A DNA stretch of 64,000 nt, from positions 21,638,001 to 21,702,000 of the forward strand of contig CM074511.1 of assembly GCA_037379345.1 (NCBI GenBank). The letters run 5' to 3'. The translations under genes and the position numbers were made by a program. Below the pieces are notes generated by a model, which did not search any database, was not told the DNA's origin, and saw only the letters and a program-made list of their open reading frames with translations. Source of the DNA: Perna viridis. Its lineage: Eukaryota. Shown here one piece after another: positions 38,124 to 54,112 of this stretch (position 1 is its first letter; each line of letters starts with the position of its first letter).

Positions 38124-41100
38124 AAAGACCCAAAATGTAAAAGACTCAGATACAGATCACTGTAACCTTCAAAACTGTGCATGATTTGGCGAAATTTATT
38201 GACCAATTGAGTGACTAAAATGGCTCAATAAGAATTAAAGAAGTGTTTAATCCCAACAACTCAAGATGTTCATAGCTCATTAAAGGCTATAATGCCATGG
38301 TAATAATAATGGCTTTGCTGTTTTTTTTTGCTGTTTAACAATTTCAAAGAATGATAACTACAATATTACCCAGTCATCAAAATCTATTGAGAAAAATAGG
38401 AATCAGAGGATTTACAAACATTTCAATTTCCAAGGGAGTTTATTCTCACAATATTACCAGGTCATACCTAACTTTTAAAATTATCTCAGAGATTAATGTA
38501 AGCAACCAATCAGTAATTTTTTTCAGAATTTGTTTGAGAAACACTAACAAAACAATATTGAAGAAATTCAATTTCCAAGGGAGATAACTTGCAATCTTAA
38601 TAAATCATCATTGAATTTCTTACTCCTTCCAGGCATTTAAATTTAAAACCTTTTGAAAAAATCAGTTTGAACTAAATCTATTGATAAATGTAAGCTAAGA
38701 GCACCTTAAAAGTCGTGATAGTCAGAGGCATGAATGCCTGCATTTCAAAGTAACTTCATTGTAGCTTTATGGGGGACACAAAACACAAGTTTGAGTTACG
38801 GCTACAAGCATGCTGATCATGTTATCTTCCATAAATTTATATAAAAAAAAAGAATATATGTTTTGTTAATGGTTCAGTGTAATTCAATATATGTCACTTT
38901 AATTTTTTTTTTAAATCGAACAATATGTCTCTTATGTAATAGATCTAAAGCTGTAATTACAAAACTTAAACAATAACAAGACCGATTGGTGTGATTATTA
39001 CAGCATTACTACGATCAGATCCTTTTAAAATAACATAAAAACATTGATAAAAATAAATAAAGTTTTCCTAATCTTATCAACTTATATTTCCTAAATACAA
39101 TCTTGAGGCATGACTGGTGAATTTACATGGGAGTCATCAACCTCAAACTTATGGGAATAAATTCTACACAATATGTCCGAAGGCACTATAATCCATGAAT
39201 CAATAAGGACTTGGCAGCTAATTAAACATACCAGTCAGTTACTAACAAATAAAGAATAGTGTTAATTAAACTGATTATCAAAGAACTGTACACTTAAAAA
39301 ATACAACAAAATTTGACAAATCGATAACCAATATAGACCCACCGAAGCTGAGTTAAATTGTGTACATTGTTTTTAACATGCCTTTCTAGACCTCTTCGTT
39401 ATTTTCCTTCAGATAATCATTTTCAGATGAGTGATTGAATTGTTACAACTATTACATGGTTGGCAGGACAAATTATTATCATGTAGAACTAAATCCCCTG
39501 GTGCAACAAGCTATTAATAGAGTTCTCTGTTGAATGTAACTAGTGATCCAAACCAACAACTGCAGTCATATTGAATTGACAAAAGAATATTTAGGGCCAA
39601 AAATACATGTTTAATAATTAATAGCTGAAATGGTGCAAACAATATATACAAATGTATTTCACTCCCAGAATGACAAGATCAGAATCTGCTGAAAACAGAT
39701 TTTCTAATTTTCATAAGTTAAGTATTGAATGACTGGCCTTAGTAGCTGTATAATACGGCATAAACGCAAAACCATTGGGGATTTTAATTATGATCAATAA
39801 ATACAATAAAGGAAAGTAGGGACTGAAATGTATGGTCATAGGATTCAGAATATGGAACTAAGTCAGGATTACACAGATTTAATCACAAAATCTGTTTTCA
39901 TAATTAACAAAGGCCAATAGAAATTTGTTAATCATTGCAATAAATCTTTATAGAAAACAATCTATCTTCCAAGTAGGCTGCCAAATACAAGTAATTAACA
40001 ATATATATCTTCAGGAAAAAAATGATTAACCAGCATAAAAACCAATATGTGGTATTAGAAAAAACAACAGATGTACCACTTAAGTTACAATATTCTTAAT
40101 GAATTAACATATTGTAACATGTAATGAAGTGCCAATGTGATACAACAAAGATGGGATACAACAAATTTTCCAATGATTTATGTTTACTGCCATTACTATG
40201 CTGACAGTTATGACTACCAGTATACAGAAATTTTATTTTACTAGTATATAATTTTTACTTGCAGAGACTGGAACCGCACATGCAAGATTTATATACACAA
40301 TAAATAAACAACTTTTCACTGAGCTGCTAAGTAGATTTTCTACAAATCCTTCGAAAACAAGAAAAACATCCCCTTTGTAGTACATGTACTGGTAATCAAT
40401 TTCCAAAATCCAAAAATAAAAAATTGGAATTTTTCAAAAAATTAAAGGAAGCTTCAAACTATTGGTGTATACTAGGTACACTTTCCCTTAGTTTCAATTT
40501 AGTGTTTTTGAGTTATCATGGGAAAGCTTACATGACAGTCCAGCAATGGACAAGAGTAAACAATATAATCCCAAACCTTGAGTTACAGGGACATAAAAAT
40601 TTTCAATTACGTGAATTTCTGGGGTAAAGGAAATTTCTACATTGTCTAGAGGAAAGTGGCTTTGAGATTAGGATTATTTGTAAGTCTTTCCCTAAATGAA
40701 GTTGAAATTGAACCCTGATGTATAAAACTCATATACAAAGAAATTCAAGCACTATAAACCACTGATCATATATCTCTGTGAAAATATTCATTTTTAAGAT
40801 ATCTTATTTACAAGAAACTGTCAAATGAATACATTCGTGGTAGTACTTGATCACTGTTTTGATAGCACGATACAATTTGGGACTAGGGAGAACACAATTT
40901 GATGATTCCTATGGCAATTAACTTTTCTTGATAAGTACTATTCTGAAGGAATTTGAAAGACTAGGAGGCTAAAGATTATGTGGCACTACAAAACTTAGTT
41001 GGAAAAAAAATTAATCATTTTAGTAACTGAAACCACCCAAAAGCTATGATTTCATGTAACCAGTTGTCTGAATAATTTCTTAGAAATAATGTCCTAGTAC

Positions 41101-43337
41101 AAATGACTAGAATATAAAATGATGTAAAATAGTGACATTAAATGGACAGTCAGTCTGGCCATACTGATTATTATTTGTCTATAGGCATTACATCCTAGTC
41201 AATAATGTAATTGATACCAGCTGCAGGATCTATTCCATATAAATATTTACTGTTTTATCAATGATATGGATAAAGACAGAAATTGCAGATGAATGAGATA
41301 CCAATTAAATATAACAAAACTGTCATATACCAATATCAATACCATATGGCTAAAATGAACATAAACTATTGTTGGTAAGATCAATAAATACTAGGTTACC
41401 ATTACTAACAGCACTATCTGTGTTCACCCCTTATCCTAGAAAATATTTGTATGGCCCTGAAAAATTTATAATTTCAATAAATTTTGTGTTTGAATACAAG
41501 CAAGGCATAATGTACTAAACTTCTTATTTTCTGTCGAGTCTGGAACTATTTTGAGTAAAATTAGGAATGCTTTCAACAATACAAAAATAGCTGGGAAGCA
41601 CCTATATCCCACCTATCCAGTTATTGAGAAAGAATGATAAGTTTCGAAAGATTTGTCACCTTTATTTATAGCTTCAAGATATCATTATCACCCTCCAATG
41701 ACCGTTAAATTAGTATCAATATATTGCATCTTTGTATGTAAGTCATCTGAAACAACACCCCCACAATCTCAACTTCTTTATCCTGAAAGGCACAGAAACA
41801 CCATTAGAAATGGTAAAGTTTGCACTTGCAATAATGATAAGGTCAAAGTCAGTAGCTGTAAAGCTTAACACCATTATCTCTATATAAGATGTTAATCATG
41901 GAGTATTCATATGCAATAATCATATATACCAAGACTACAAATTGAATTGATTTTTTCTGAAAGTTCTATAACCACAACCTACAGTGGATGGTTTGATACA
42001 AAAGCTCCCTTGGTAATTAACAGATGAATGCAAAACTAGGAGAAAGTAAGGTTACTTTACTATTTATCCTATCAAGTTCATCGAGCAGGCACATGTCAGG
42101 AATAGTCTATTGAACGGGATCATTTGATGAGAATACCCAAGTGTTTTTTTACTATATATATCATATTACATGTCTTAGATTAATACAATGAAATCAATAG
42201 ACATAGAAAACAGACAATGGTATTGAATAGTTGTTAGAGTTCCTTGACAAATCTTTCAAGGACTGCAGTCTCAAAAAGAGAATGAAGGTTTGGAGTAGAA
42301 GTACAAAAACGATTGAAAAAAAATATCAAGTGTAAAAGTGCTGAACTACAACAGCAATTGCGTGGACATATCAGTTTCTACATTTTTCATCTTTATAACA
42401 ATAAGATACCATTCTGACAGTCTTCAGCAACTTATGTGCACCATTTCCTCTCTCAGAAGTTTTCAACTGGTAACAAAATTTTAAACAAATTAAATATACC
42501 CATTATATTTTTCAAAAGTTTCAAAAATAATTTGACTCTGCTGTCATAGCACAAGCTTCATGATTAACTTCAAACTGAATTTTGAGAAAAAGAAGTAAAG
42601 GACAAATCCATGGACTTCTCCATAGGAAAATTAAAAAAAAAACATATTGATAGGGAAAAAACTCCAACTATAGTTACAACAGGAACTAGAAGTTAGATTA
42701 TCTCCCTTTAAGAGCACTGGCAATGTTAATCTGGCATCACATACATCTCCATATGATGCTCAACCTTCATATAAAGCCTAATCAAGAGGTATATGCATAT
42801 ATACTAATTTTTGACCCTGTCATTTACTTAAATTTTAGCTTACCCAATAAAAAAACTCATTAGCATATTTTTGTGCCAAAAAAATGACTAAACCCAGACA
42901 AAACAATTTATAACTGGCACAACATTTACATGTCAAAATAACCTCACAAGGTATTGCTTCTATATGACTTTCATTATTTTCTTACAAAATTAGGGCTGCC
43001 ATTTTTTTTTATATAGGCATATGGGCTACATGCTTCAACAAACTTAATACTTTGTCAAAAGTTGTCTTTAAACAATAGGCTTTTATGGTTGGAATATTTA
43101 CCAATGTAAGATATTGAAGCATGTGGCCAAAATCTCCTGTTAAGGAAAAACGTAATGAAATCAAGTGTTTTTCCCCAATAGCACATAATTCACACATTTA
43201 GGCTCAATGTTCCACTGAGGTTTCTGTTAAGTGTGAATGAACTCCAAATCTTTATTAAATATTATGTAATGCCCATACTGATTTTACTAAGCTTTTTCAA
43301 GAGCCAAATTTGAACATATCCTTTCATTCAATGGTTT

Positions 43338-43540
43338 ACTGTGGGGCACTCCTGGGGTACCAATTTTCATGGGTTTCTTGGTTGACTCAAACCATGAAAT
43401 TAAAATCCCAATGAAATACATCTTTTCCATTTATTTGTAATGTGGGAAATGTCAAACCATAAAATCAAAAATCCACGAACCAATGATTTGTCTGCTATCC
43501 ACAAAAATTGATACCAACAAATATAAGTGCTTTTACAGAA
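43338..43540. mobile_element. MITE of the TACTGT family
   Basis: tactgtgg...ggtaccaattttcatgg at the left end is inverted against ccacaaaaattgatacc...tacag at the right end. Confidence 0.55.
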
Positions 43541-44861
43541 TATGGAATCGCTATTACAATACAAGCTTTTGAAGATGTACAACTTTTGTTAGATTATCTC
43601 CCTTTCAAAGCAGCTGACAATTATCATCCTGCTACATGCATATACACTGGTTCATATGAAGCTCATCTTTTAAATACAGTTTCATAAGTTGTGAAGAAAA
43701 TTAAAAAAAAAACATCCCAACCTACCCCCACTGCCTTTAGAAACCACCTGATCATGATGCATCATTCTTTAATAGAAACAGTCAGAACAAGCTCACTCTT
43801 TTTTGTCTAGTTGTGTCTTCTATGCACCCTTATTTACAAAAAAAATACTGATAATTTTTTCTTTCACATTTTTTCTGATTACAAACAAATTTTGTTTTGG
43901 TAGAAGTACGAAAAATGGACAACAAAATGGAAATAATAGGACTAACTTCCAGTTTGAGCAGGTCCTGAACTTGCTGAGGAAGGGTGGTATACCAGAATAA
44001 TTCATCTTTGTTGAAAAAACATAGAATGTATGTATATATATTCACCCCTATACTATTTGCACAGGTATAACAATTATAACAATTTAACAGAAGGGAGAGG
44101 TAATCACATTACTTCTGGGCCTAACATGTCATTCTACACAGACTAATGGTGTTGGAACCACAATCTCTAATATTGATATGATTCTTTCTTTTGTGTGTTT
44201 AAATCATTAATACTTAAAAAGTTATTGCACAGAAATCCAGTATCTTTGGAATAACAATGATGATCATGCAAATGAAGACAATGCTGACATGACAACCACC
44301 ACAATATCATTAATACAAATGATCACCTTCCAATTAAAATATTTGGTCATTATGATATACAACAAGCACACTGAACAGACCAAACAGAGAAATTAAACTG
44401 AAATGTCAAAAGAACTGAAACTTGAACTTTTCAACCCAAGTTTATTTCCCCTTTTATGACTTCAAGAATGAAATATATATCAAACATTTAACAAAAGTGA
44501 CATTCAAATGGTTTATAATTTGTCACCAAATCAATGAAAGTAAGGCTCACTGCCATAACCAGTTCAGTAATCAATCTCTCAGAGCTTTATTTTGTCATAT
44601 TAGTATGAATACAGCAACTGAATGCGGATCTATTTCATATCATTACAAAATGGCTTCACTAATGAATATGACAAATAGAATATAAATTTGAGTGAAGACA
44701 TGTAAAACATGGAAAAAAGATTTTTCTTTAAGCTTGTAAGCTTAGCCAATAAAAGATGCAATACTTTATGCCTGTAACATGTTCAATTTTTCTACCTGTA
44801 CTGGTTTATACAACCAAAACAAGTTAGCTTGTTCAGTAAAAATCTAGTTCTAACCCAGGTT

Positions 44862-45386
44862 CAGCCCTCAATTTAGTCTAGTGAAATGGTCGCATTGGCG
44901 ACTTAAATAACGTTTTTGCGACTGAAAACAATATTAAAGTCGCCAATTGGCAACTTGAAATATTATTGACTGGCGACCGAAAAATCCAGAAAAAAAATCA
45001 TGTTTGAGCCGGTATTTTTCATATGTTACTCAATTGTCACCAGTACGTTTGAAAGTAACGAGATTTTGAAAACGATTTCAAGCGTGTCATCGATTGTTTC
45101 TAATTCCCCTTAATGGCGGAGAAAGTAAAATAAACACTTTTGACAAGTTTTTTAACGAACAAGGGCACCAGACAACATGAAAAACTAAAACCAAAAACAC
45201 ACTAAAAATTAAAAAAGTGAATGACTCGGACAAAATGAAAATACATGGTATTACTTGAACTTATGATAACATTTTTTCTGGCGACCTACTTTTTTTGGCT
45301 GGCGACCTAAAATTTGCGTTGGCCACAAAAATTTCAAGGTTGGTGGCCAAAAGACCACCTAGTTTCAAAAGGCACTTTGAGGGCTG
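44862..45386. mobile_element. hAT-like MITE (525 bp) with a 5-bp target-site duplication
   Basis: Perfect 10-bp TIRs CAGCCCTCAA / TTGAGGGCTG, perfect AGGTT direct repeats at 44857-44861 and 45387-45391, multiple subterminal GGCGAC/GTCGC motifs, and retained CpGs suggesting a recent insertion. Confidence 0.9.
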
Positions 45387-46033
45387 AGGTTAAAGGCTGA
45401 GATCAGTGTTTACATGCTGCTTATTGCCATGATGTAATTGACTGATGGACATATCTTCATCAGTTTTCACTTATTCTTAAATAAATACTACAATCTACAA
45501 ATTGTCCTATAGATGTGTATATTTTCTTTGGTAATGCAGATTCAGGTAATTTTACTAAATTGAAGGTATCAAACATGCACAAAGCAGCCATTGGGGAAGC
45601 CAATGTAGAGAAAATTACCAATAGGAGCTATAGGATTGGTAAGGGGATAGAAGCAGACTGACTGGAAGATTGTGCAAAGAGGAAACACAGAATCAAATAT
45701 AAGGTTGTAAAAATAGAAAACAGAACTCAGAAAGTAGTGATTTGTCAAGAGGCATGGATCTATATATAAATGGTTGTAGAGGTTGACAGTGTCAAAACAA
45801 CCAAAAAAGGATGATCTACACAAAGACTTTCCAACAGGATGTTTTAAGGTAATTCAAATTATAATTTGTACTGACATGAGATCTACTGCTATCATTTGTA
45901 CATTGGAATCTTTCAGAATTAACTACAAAGTGAAGAACTTTTACTCTTCATGTCTATTGAGGACCATCTAAAACATAGGATGATATTTTCTGTTTTTATA
46001 TCTGTCCTTTCTCTGTACCCAGACGTGACACTT

Positions 46034-46144
46034 TATGAGCAACTTGGCAGGTGTTTCCAGAAAAGCAATGGATGCTTACCCTACCAATGCATCTGGTCCA
46101 TACTTCCAGTTTTCTGGGGAGCCTGGGTTGCTTATTGACTTTTG
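46034..46144 (+). repeat. Dispersed repeat, same family as 19284-19394
   Basis: Direct alignment to the reverse complement of 19284-19394. Confidence 0.8.
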
Positions 46145-49100
46145 CTTCTAATGTAAGTAGATTCTTCTGATTACAGCTGGAATCTTTGTACCCTTGATTT
46201 CTCTGTAAATATGATATTGCTCTATCAACCCACCCCACAAGCATTGTATAGCTATTATCAACACTTATTTTCCCTCATTCTTTTCCTAAAATAGAACATA
46301 AATCTATATTTTTAATATATCTCTAGTACACTGCCATAAAATGCCTATAAAGTTAAAGTAATAAGTTGGTTTATTTTATCAGCTTACACGTAATTCCTGC
46401 ACAGTATTGATAGCATAGAAAATAACTGTTTGGCAGGGTAATGCTACTCTAATTCACAATCAGTAAATACCAACAAAGTAGTCCTATAAAATAGTAAACT
46501 TAATTATCGCTTCTTCATAAATTACATCAAAGTAAATAACCAACAACAAAACTAATGCACTATAAACTTATGGCATGAAAATGATGTCATAAATAAGTAT
46601 TACTGTGTGGAAAAAGATTATTAAAAGTCAATGTAAAGTTAAAATTGTTCATAAATACCAGCTCTACAACCTCCAAATTAAATACCTAGAATCAATCTTG
46701 CACAATTGAGAATTTGATAGAATTCAATGTGAACCAATGCGATAACATGCAAGAAAAAAAAACAGCTTTTTGTTAAACATCAGTTTCTGGTTGTGTTCCA
46801 AAAAAAAAAAAAATAAAAAAAAAAATAAACACAACCAAAACACCTAAAACTACTGAAAGCAAGCTTGCTCACAAATATTCTTGTATCACCTTGAATTAAA
46901 TCATGTTAAACCCTTTGGCACTTGGATAAGCTATCCTTTCATCAAAAACCATACAGTAAACAAGGAATAGAAAGAATTAAACATGTAAAGCCCTTAATCT
47001 GAATTATCTCCTTCTACAGGCAGCAGAAAATGATAATCCATGCACATCCACAAATCATGTTTAACTCTATTAAAATTACACCAAAATATTCTTAACCAGC
47101 CAATGGATTTTCAAAAACTGATTTATCGTAAACTCAAGTGATATTAACAAGGTTAGATGTACACATTTTAGCTTCATTTTGCACTTAAGTCTTGGTGTTA
47201 ACATTTCATGCTGCAAAAAATGTCATGTTAGCAAAATGAGCACACATTTACCTTAATAATATCCAAATTGATTTGACAAAAGAAATTTTAGGGCACAATT
47301 TTATATAAATTGAACATAATAATTTACAAACACAAAGTGATAGATAATTGACCAATAACTTATTATGACGACATAAGGGTAAACATTCTTCCTTTTAGGT
47401 ATACTTTCCATATAACTTCCCCTATGTACTTCTATAATGATTATTCTTTTGAAAATCTTAATTGACAACAAAGCAATGCATATTTGATTCTCAAGGTGCA
47501 ATATAATATATAATTCATTTAAACATTATTATATCAGTAATCACATAGGAGTTTCTCAATGACATCTAAATAATATTGAAATTTGAAAACCTTGTAACAA
47601 AATCAATGCATATTTGAGGGCAGAGAGCATCAACGATGAATAGAAAATGTAGACGCTCCATGAAGCATGTAACCAAAATATAATATCTTTGCTTCCTTCT
47701 ATAAACATTGATCACAACTATCAGGTAAAACAAATTAAATATCCAATACAAAACTTTAAATGCACTTAATATTATAGAAAATTGATTCCTTGGAGAAAAA
47801 TTGACAATATTCAAAAGTTCAAAGTTCAAAGAAAAGTCAGGGGAAAAAACACAAGCAAATATATAGATCTCAATTTAAAATTGTCCTCATATCCTTCCTC
47901 AACTAAAATTTCAACCAATCAGATTGCTTGAAATTGAAGATTTGAGGAAAATCTCAATTTGAGAATTTTTTATGAAATCAGGACCAGACATTACAAATAT
48001 TATGCCAAACAGTATCAGTGATATTGCTCCTTTTAGACTGTTCCCTACCAACGTTTCTTGGAATACAATAATCAAAAATTTTAAAAAAATATGTTGAAGG
48101 GGGATCACCACAAATTTTGCAGAAAAGTGCCTCAAAACAACACTAAATGTTCAAAAACTTTCCTGGAAAGCAAAAAGTTTTAAGTAGAACAACCTATTTG
48201 AAATTTGTGTGATTGTATTCTTCAATATTATATTCACAAGGACAGATTTATATTTTTGGTAACTACATGTATCAACCAGTGAGTAAGTATTTGAAGAAAT
48301 CTTGTCAACTTTTTACTTATTACAAAAGTATAACCTCCAGGAGCATAATCAGGGAAAGGCTTAGCATATTCATTAATTCAATGTAGTACAGCATACACCC
48401 TAACAACCTGCTACTAAGGAATATCAAACAAAACTTATACAATTATGTATCTATAAAACATTTAATCTAATTTTTCCTGTGTAATATAAGTCCATATTTT
48501 TCTATCCCAGGTATAAATATTTCCAAACATTTAATGACAAGATCAATTTTAAGGTTTTAAAATCAATACAAAGAATCAAGTGTTGGTTAGACAGTATAGG
48601 TTGAAGTAGGGGAACTATCATAAACTACAGCAGGGGGTAGAATAACTATCTTGAGAATTACCCTAGACAACCTTTATACTATAATCACAAGAAGTTTACA
48701 TTCCAAATTTACCTCAAATAAGAAAGATCTTTTGCATCCTGCCTTTAAAAATACATCATAAATATTTTACTAACAAGTCAAGATTAAAGCCCTGAAGACA
48801 AGCCTTCAACTTTTTTATTTTTTTTGTCAATTGCAGGAGAATAACCATGTAGAAAATTATGTTGTGCTTAAATTCACATAATCAATGTAATCTAGTTAAT
48901 TTATTATAAGCATTCACAAAGTAATGCAAAAGTACAATTGAAAAATCCTTGACAGTTGCTTCATCATTTTCATCATTAAAAGTCTTAAGGAACTGAAACT
49001 GAGCATAAAGCATTCTCAAACATTAACTTCCATAGCCTCACTAGCTAGCTGATTTTAACCTACAAAGGAACTTTTTTAATCTAACATCTAAGTGCTCCAA

Positions 49101-50613
49101 ACACCTGTAGAATTATAACAATAGTACTCCTACAACAGCCCTATTTCATGATTTTATTATGAAAGTGTTCCCTACAGACAATTTTGAAAGGAGCAGGAGC
49201 CTTTGCCCTTTTCTGTCAATTTTCCCATAAAACATATTAATGCTTGCATATATTGTCTTCAAATTTGCCTCCAACATGCTTGAGTGCCTTTTAAACTGAA
49301 TTACCCTGCCTTTTTCAAAAGGTGCAAAGAACACTATATAGGTGCACATATTTTTTTTCATTTCATTAAGCAAGTTCCACTATAGTAAAAAGTAACTGTA
49401 GAAAGACGTTTCCATTAATAAAAGATATACCGTAAACATTACTGTAAAGTGTATGATAGCAATTCTTGTTCCTGTTTTGATTACAAATTATACAGTTCCT
49501 CCTAAAAAAGAAAGTCTTGAAATAGACCAAGTAATTCCTTTCATGTCAGGGAAATAATTCAATAATATTTAATCTAGAAAAGCAATGACATAAATTATAC
49601 ATTTAAATCACTAGGAGGACTTCAAGTTGCCATAACTTAATCAAAATTGAGGTGTCATTTACAGAAAATCGGTTGGATTTTAAAAGATTCCTATTAATTA
49701 TATAGACTGCAAACTCATCTTAAATCTCTGTTATACTTGCCATTTGATAATCATAAATCGTGAGGCTCAAAACATATTTAAAAGTTAACAAAAGAAATAT
49801 TTCAGAGCTATGGCGATAACGTCATCGATACCATCAAATTAAAATTCAAATTTAAAAAATCTTATTCGCAGAACTTTAATTGTAGATGAGCATTCATTAT
49901 ATAAAATTTGATAATATTCATGAAGTCAGGCACGTATAGTGTGAATGTTTCGATACAAATAATTACAACCTATCAACTAGCAATAGTATCTGACCCCTGT
50001 ATAATATTCCTATGACCTTTCTTGTGCAGTTAAATTTTTTTGATAATCCTTGAACATTTAATTAATATTTAATATTAAATCCAATGTCTTGTAATACTTT
50101 GAATCATAAGTATATTAGGTATTATCATTGCCAACCTTCCATTGAACTGCACTTCTCCATAACCTTGGTCGTACAAGATTTTGGCAAATGTTGTCATAAC
50201 ATAAAACATAATCCAAACCTCCACCTAATATGCATTGTGCAATTGTGTTTAATCGCATTAAGTGATTTCATCATGAAATTGGCAGTAAATAAGAAGAAAT
50301 ACTGCCAAATGACATGGAAAAGTAAAATACTATTAAACTGTTACTGATTATGTCTATTTACTTAATATAGATTCAGAATGTGTCTATTCCTTTTATTTAC
50401 ACTGACAGCAAAATATTGCTCTTAAGTGGAACTATAGAAATGGTCTGTATTAAAACAGAATATCATTAAATGTTTGTGTTGCACTCAATTATAGCTTGGA
50501 TAATAACTTAGCTTATTTAAAGTAAAACTAAGTTTTGAAAGACAATAAATTTTCATTAAAAGAAATTTAAGAAAATATACTACAGAAATTACTTTTAAAT
50601 TTCAAATAAAGTA

Positions 50614-50868
50614 AAACAAGCGGCATGTAGCCATGTGCCCTAGCAGCTACAAAAAAGTTGAATTACAAAAGTCCCATAACTCTTGAAAATTTGTCTAATA
50701 AACATAGCAGCACAATATGATTAACTACATATGGTGACTAACAATCCTACAAAATTTGCACAAAATCTGTCAAGCAGTTTCTGAGAAGTTGCATCCACAA
50801 GTGTGACAGGACTGACGGACACCAATATTTCTGTGTCCCCTTCCATGTGGAGGCTGAGGACAAAAAAA
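50614..50868 (-). mobile_element. Helentron-like non-autonomous element (reverse orientation)
   Basis: aaacaag start, cccataactc and gagaagttgc blocks, gactgacggac microsatellite remnant, and terminal tgtcc...ggaca followed by an A-run. Confidence 0.5.
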
Positions 50869-53800
50869 TATAGGACTGTTACACAGCAATGACTGACATG
50901 CTAAGTATTTAGTTACATAATGTACTGGTAAATTCCTCAAATGTCAACCTATATTTAACAGTACTTATGGACTTCCAATTGCTATATTTTCAACATACAT
51001 GTATAATTTTCCTGAACTTCTAAGTGCAGGTGTACTGTCTGTAATATGACTAAGAAAACAATTATAATGTTTATATCAGACACGGATTTCTTTACCTTCC
51101 TGACAGATGCTTAACTCAATTTACCCACTGTAGTGCACAATACAGACTGTAATAAACAGTTGTCCTAACTCCCCCATTTTTCAATTCAAATTTCTATAAC
51201 TCTTCAAAACAAAAATGACCACTGAAAAATGCAAAAGAACTATATTACATCAAGATAAATTTTACCAACTAAATGATCTGTTTGACACAGCATGATACAA
51301 CAGCATACATCATAGATTTTACCCAGAACAGATGAGGCAAGCATGGACACTACATTCAATCTTTTATAAACATTTCTGATTTTTGGACTGTGAAAAAATA
51401 TTTGACAAAGCATACTGTTAAGTTTCAGACACAAAACACATGTGGTCACAATACTATAATTTGAAATCCTCATTTCCTTATATAATCCACATAGTAAGAT
51501 CATGGTGCTCGATACATATATTGCCCAAAAAGTGACATCAGATCAGGGAAATAGGAAAGTACCAAAAACAATTTCTGAGGTGGTAACAAAAGATGGAGTT
51601 ATTAAAAATAGAAAGAGATATACCGTACATAAAACCTGTCATAATCAGTCATATTATTGAATTAAAAGCATACTCAAATACAGGTTCACTCACATGCCAA
51701 TAACCAATGTAATATCAGTCAAGAAAACTGTTTTGTATTTTATTTTCGTTTCAGAATGACATACATGTAATGACAGGAAAAAAAAACATGATGGTAATGC
51801 ATCTACTTTTTCTATATACTTTTGTACTTATACATGAACATTACATATAATTTATACCGGTAATACAGTTCTCAAGTACTAAATGGTCTAATGTTTAATG
51901 CATAATAATTAGTTTTGATGAAAGCAATTTAAACAAAATTAAAATACATCCTGCCTGATCATATGTATATAATACAAATAAGTTCTACATTTCCACATAG
52001 TCACCAACAACAAAATGGTACTTAAAAGCTTTTAAACTCTCTGAGAAAATTAGATTGATTTTGTAATTACACTATATTTTGCGTCATTTATCATTGGAAC
52101 AAGTCTCATCCTCCGCAATACAAAATGCGTCAGATGATTGAATTGAATCATAATTCTGTTGTCACTAATTGTGTCCCTTCACCAGGGAATAGTGAGAAGA
52201 TAGCAGTTCTTTCCATTTTTATTCATGCAATAACCACTCAACTTCTCAATAATGAATTAAGTTATACAAATGGAAATTGTCAGACAAGGAAATATTCTAA
52301 GTGACAAGAGATGAGGAAGTTGGCTATGTATAAATGCATATGTACTGGTTGATTCAGGTCATTCAACTGTATATTCCATAATACCAATTTAATTTTTTCC
52401 ATTTTTTATAATCTGGTAAAAGAACCTTTAACTGTGACATTTAGACTGACACAACAATATTTCAGCATAAAACAACTAGGTTTCATTTTGATCACACAGG
52501 GAATGTGTACCATGAAGAACATCTACTTGCCATCTATAATTTTGACAAAACAATGGAACACAAAAGAGAGGCTAACGATTTGTTACCAGCAGTTCATTCC
52601 TCATTACTGTGGTAGAACTACTGATATTCTTTGTGGGTTACCAATTTTCATGGATGTCGTAATTTTGATCAATCCACAAATTCAAACTCTCAACACAATG
52701 TAAAATCTATTGAAAACTTTGATACTTAAAGAAATCCACAAAACAAAAACAAAAATGAACCAATGAAGATTTGACAAACCATCATGAATCAAAGTACTTT
52801 CATATTGGTAAATATTGGAACAAGATTGGATCCAAAAGACTTACATAAAAGGACAAACCTGCTCAACTTAACATTCTATACACATAAAACAAGACAAGTG
52901 ACCAGATATATAAAGAGACAGACACTCATTGCAACTGTATATATCATTCCGAACATTGATGGCGGATTGATTAAAAGGATAGAAAAGGTCATTTTTTAAC
53001 TTGACATACTGCAGAAGTTAGTGTATTTTGCTTTTTGAAGCAAAGTTTCAAATGTGTTCAAAGCATCACATAAAACCAAATTTACAACAAATCACACAAA
53101 TGAAAGTATATGTACCCCTAAAGTATTATAAAGCATAATACTAAAGATGTGTACTTTGTTGATCATTGTCTTTGAGAGAATGGAGTAGGATGATTCTATT
53201 GACTTCAATATCACCCCTTAGGCTTTCCCTTGTACATTGACATCTACAGGTTACATTGCCAAGTGTAAGTAATTTGTCAATGTAATATAGAGCAATCATT
53301 TATTCCACAATGCTAATTATTCATCAGTTATGTGTAAGATTGTATTATGAGCCAAATTAGATTCATAACAGAAATTCAATTACTAAGTGCAAAAACCCAA
53401 GGCAAAAAGATCAACATGCACTGTACGCAGCATTGTACTATTCAGCAATATTTACAAGTACATGTATCAAATTAAAACCCTATGTGACACAGACAAAAGC
53501 TTTTATTATATATCAGAGCTAATACACATTAAGAGGATGTCCAGACAAAAACCAGGCAGTGGGTGGCACATGACAAATTTTCTTTTCAAAAATTTTTCAC
53601 CCATTTCAGTTCACAAATGCATCCTTTTTCAAAGTTGAATGTGGGTTTTGATTAACTACTACAATAAAAGAGAAATAAATTACATAGAAGGCATTGAAAA
53701 TTAATTAAAAAAACAAGATAACTCTTTAAACTGAGCAAAACTTGGTTGCATTGTTAGAGAACTTTAAAATAATTTTCTGAGCCATCCATTGTTGATTCAA

Positions 53801-54112
53801 AACAAACTTTATACTTTTGACATACACATGGTGTATACATTACATCTGAACAAAAAATTCAGTGGGAAAAAATTTACCCTGTGTCACTCATATTACAGGA
53901 TCTGCCTGATTTTTACATGGATAGCCTCTTAGCAAGACAGCAGCAAATTTAATGGCAAAATCTACTTACTATGCCATTAGCTGTAAGTGCTATTAGTAGT
54001 CATAATAATGTTTCTACAATAGGATTAGATTTAAATTCTTGCAAAATGAATGAACTTTTCAGATACCAGTTGAACTTTTATATATTGTGAAAGTTGACAT
54101 AATGCAACGCAA

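Noticed and set aside
45575-45805. Purine-rich block that could be an exon
   Set aside because: No consistent open frame with splice sites. It loosely resembles a heavily decayed RTE 3' end but is too degraded to call.
52080-52220. Possible snoRNA or SECIS-like element
   Set aside because: Only a small ATGATT/AATCAT hairpin; no properly spaced C/D boxes or SECIS core, and FBXL5 ends in TAA.
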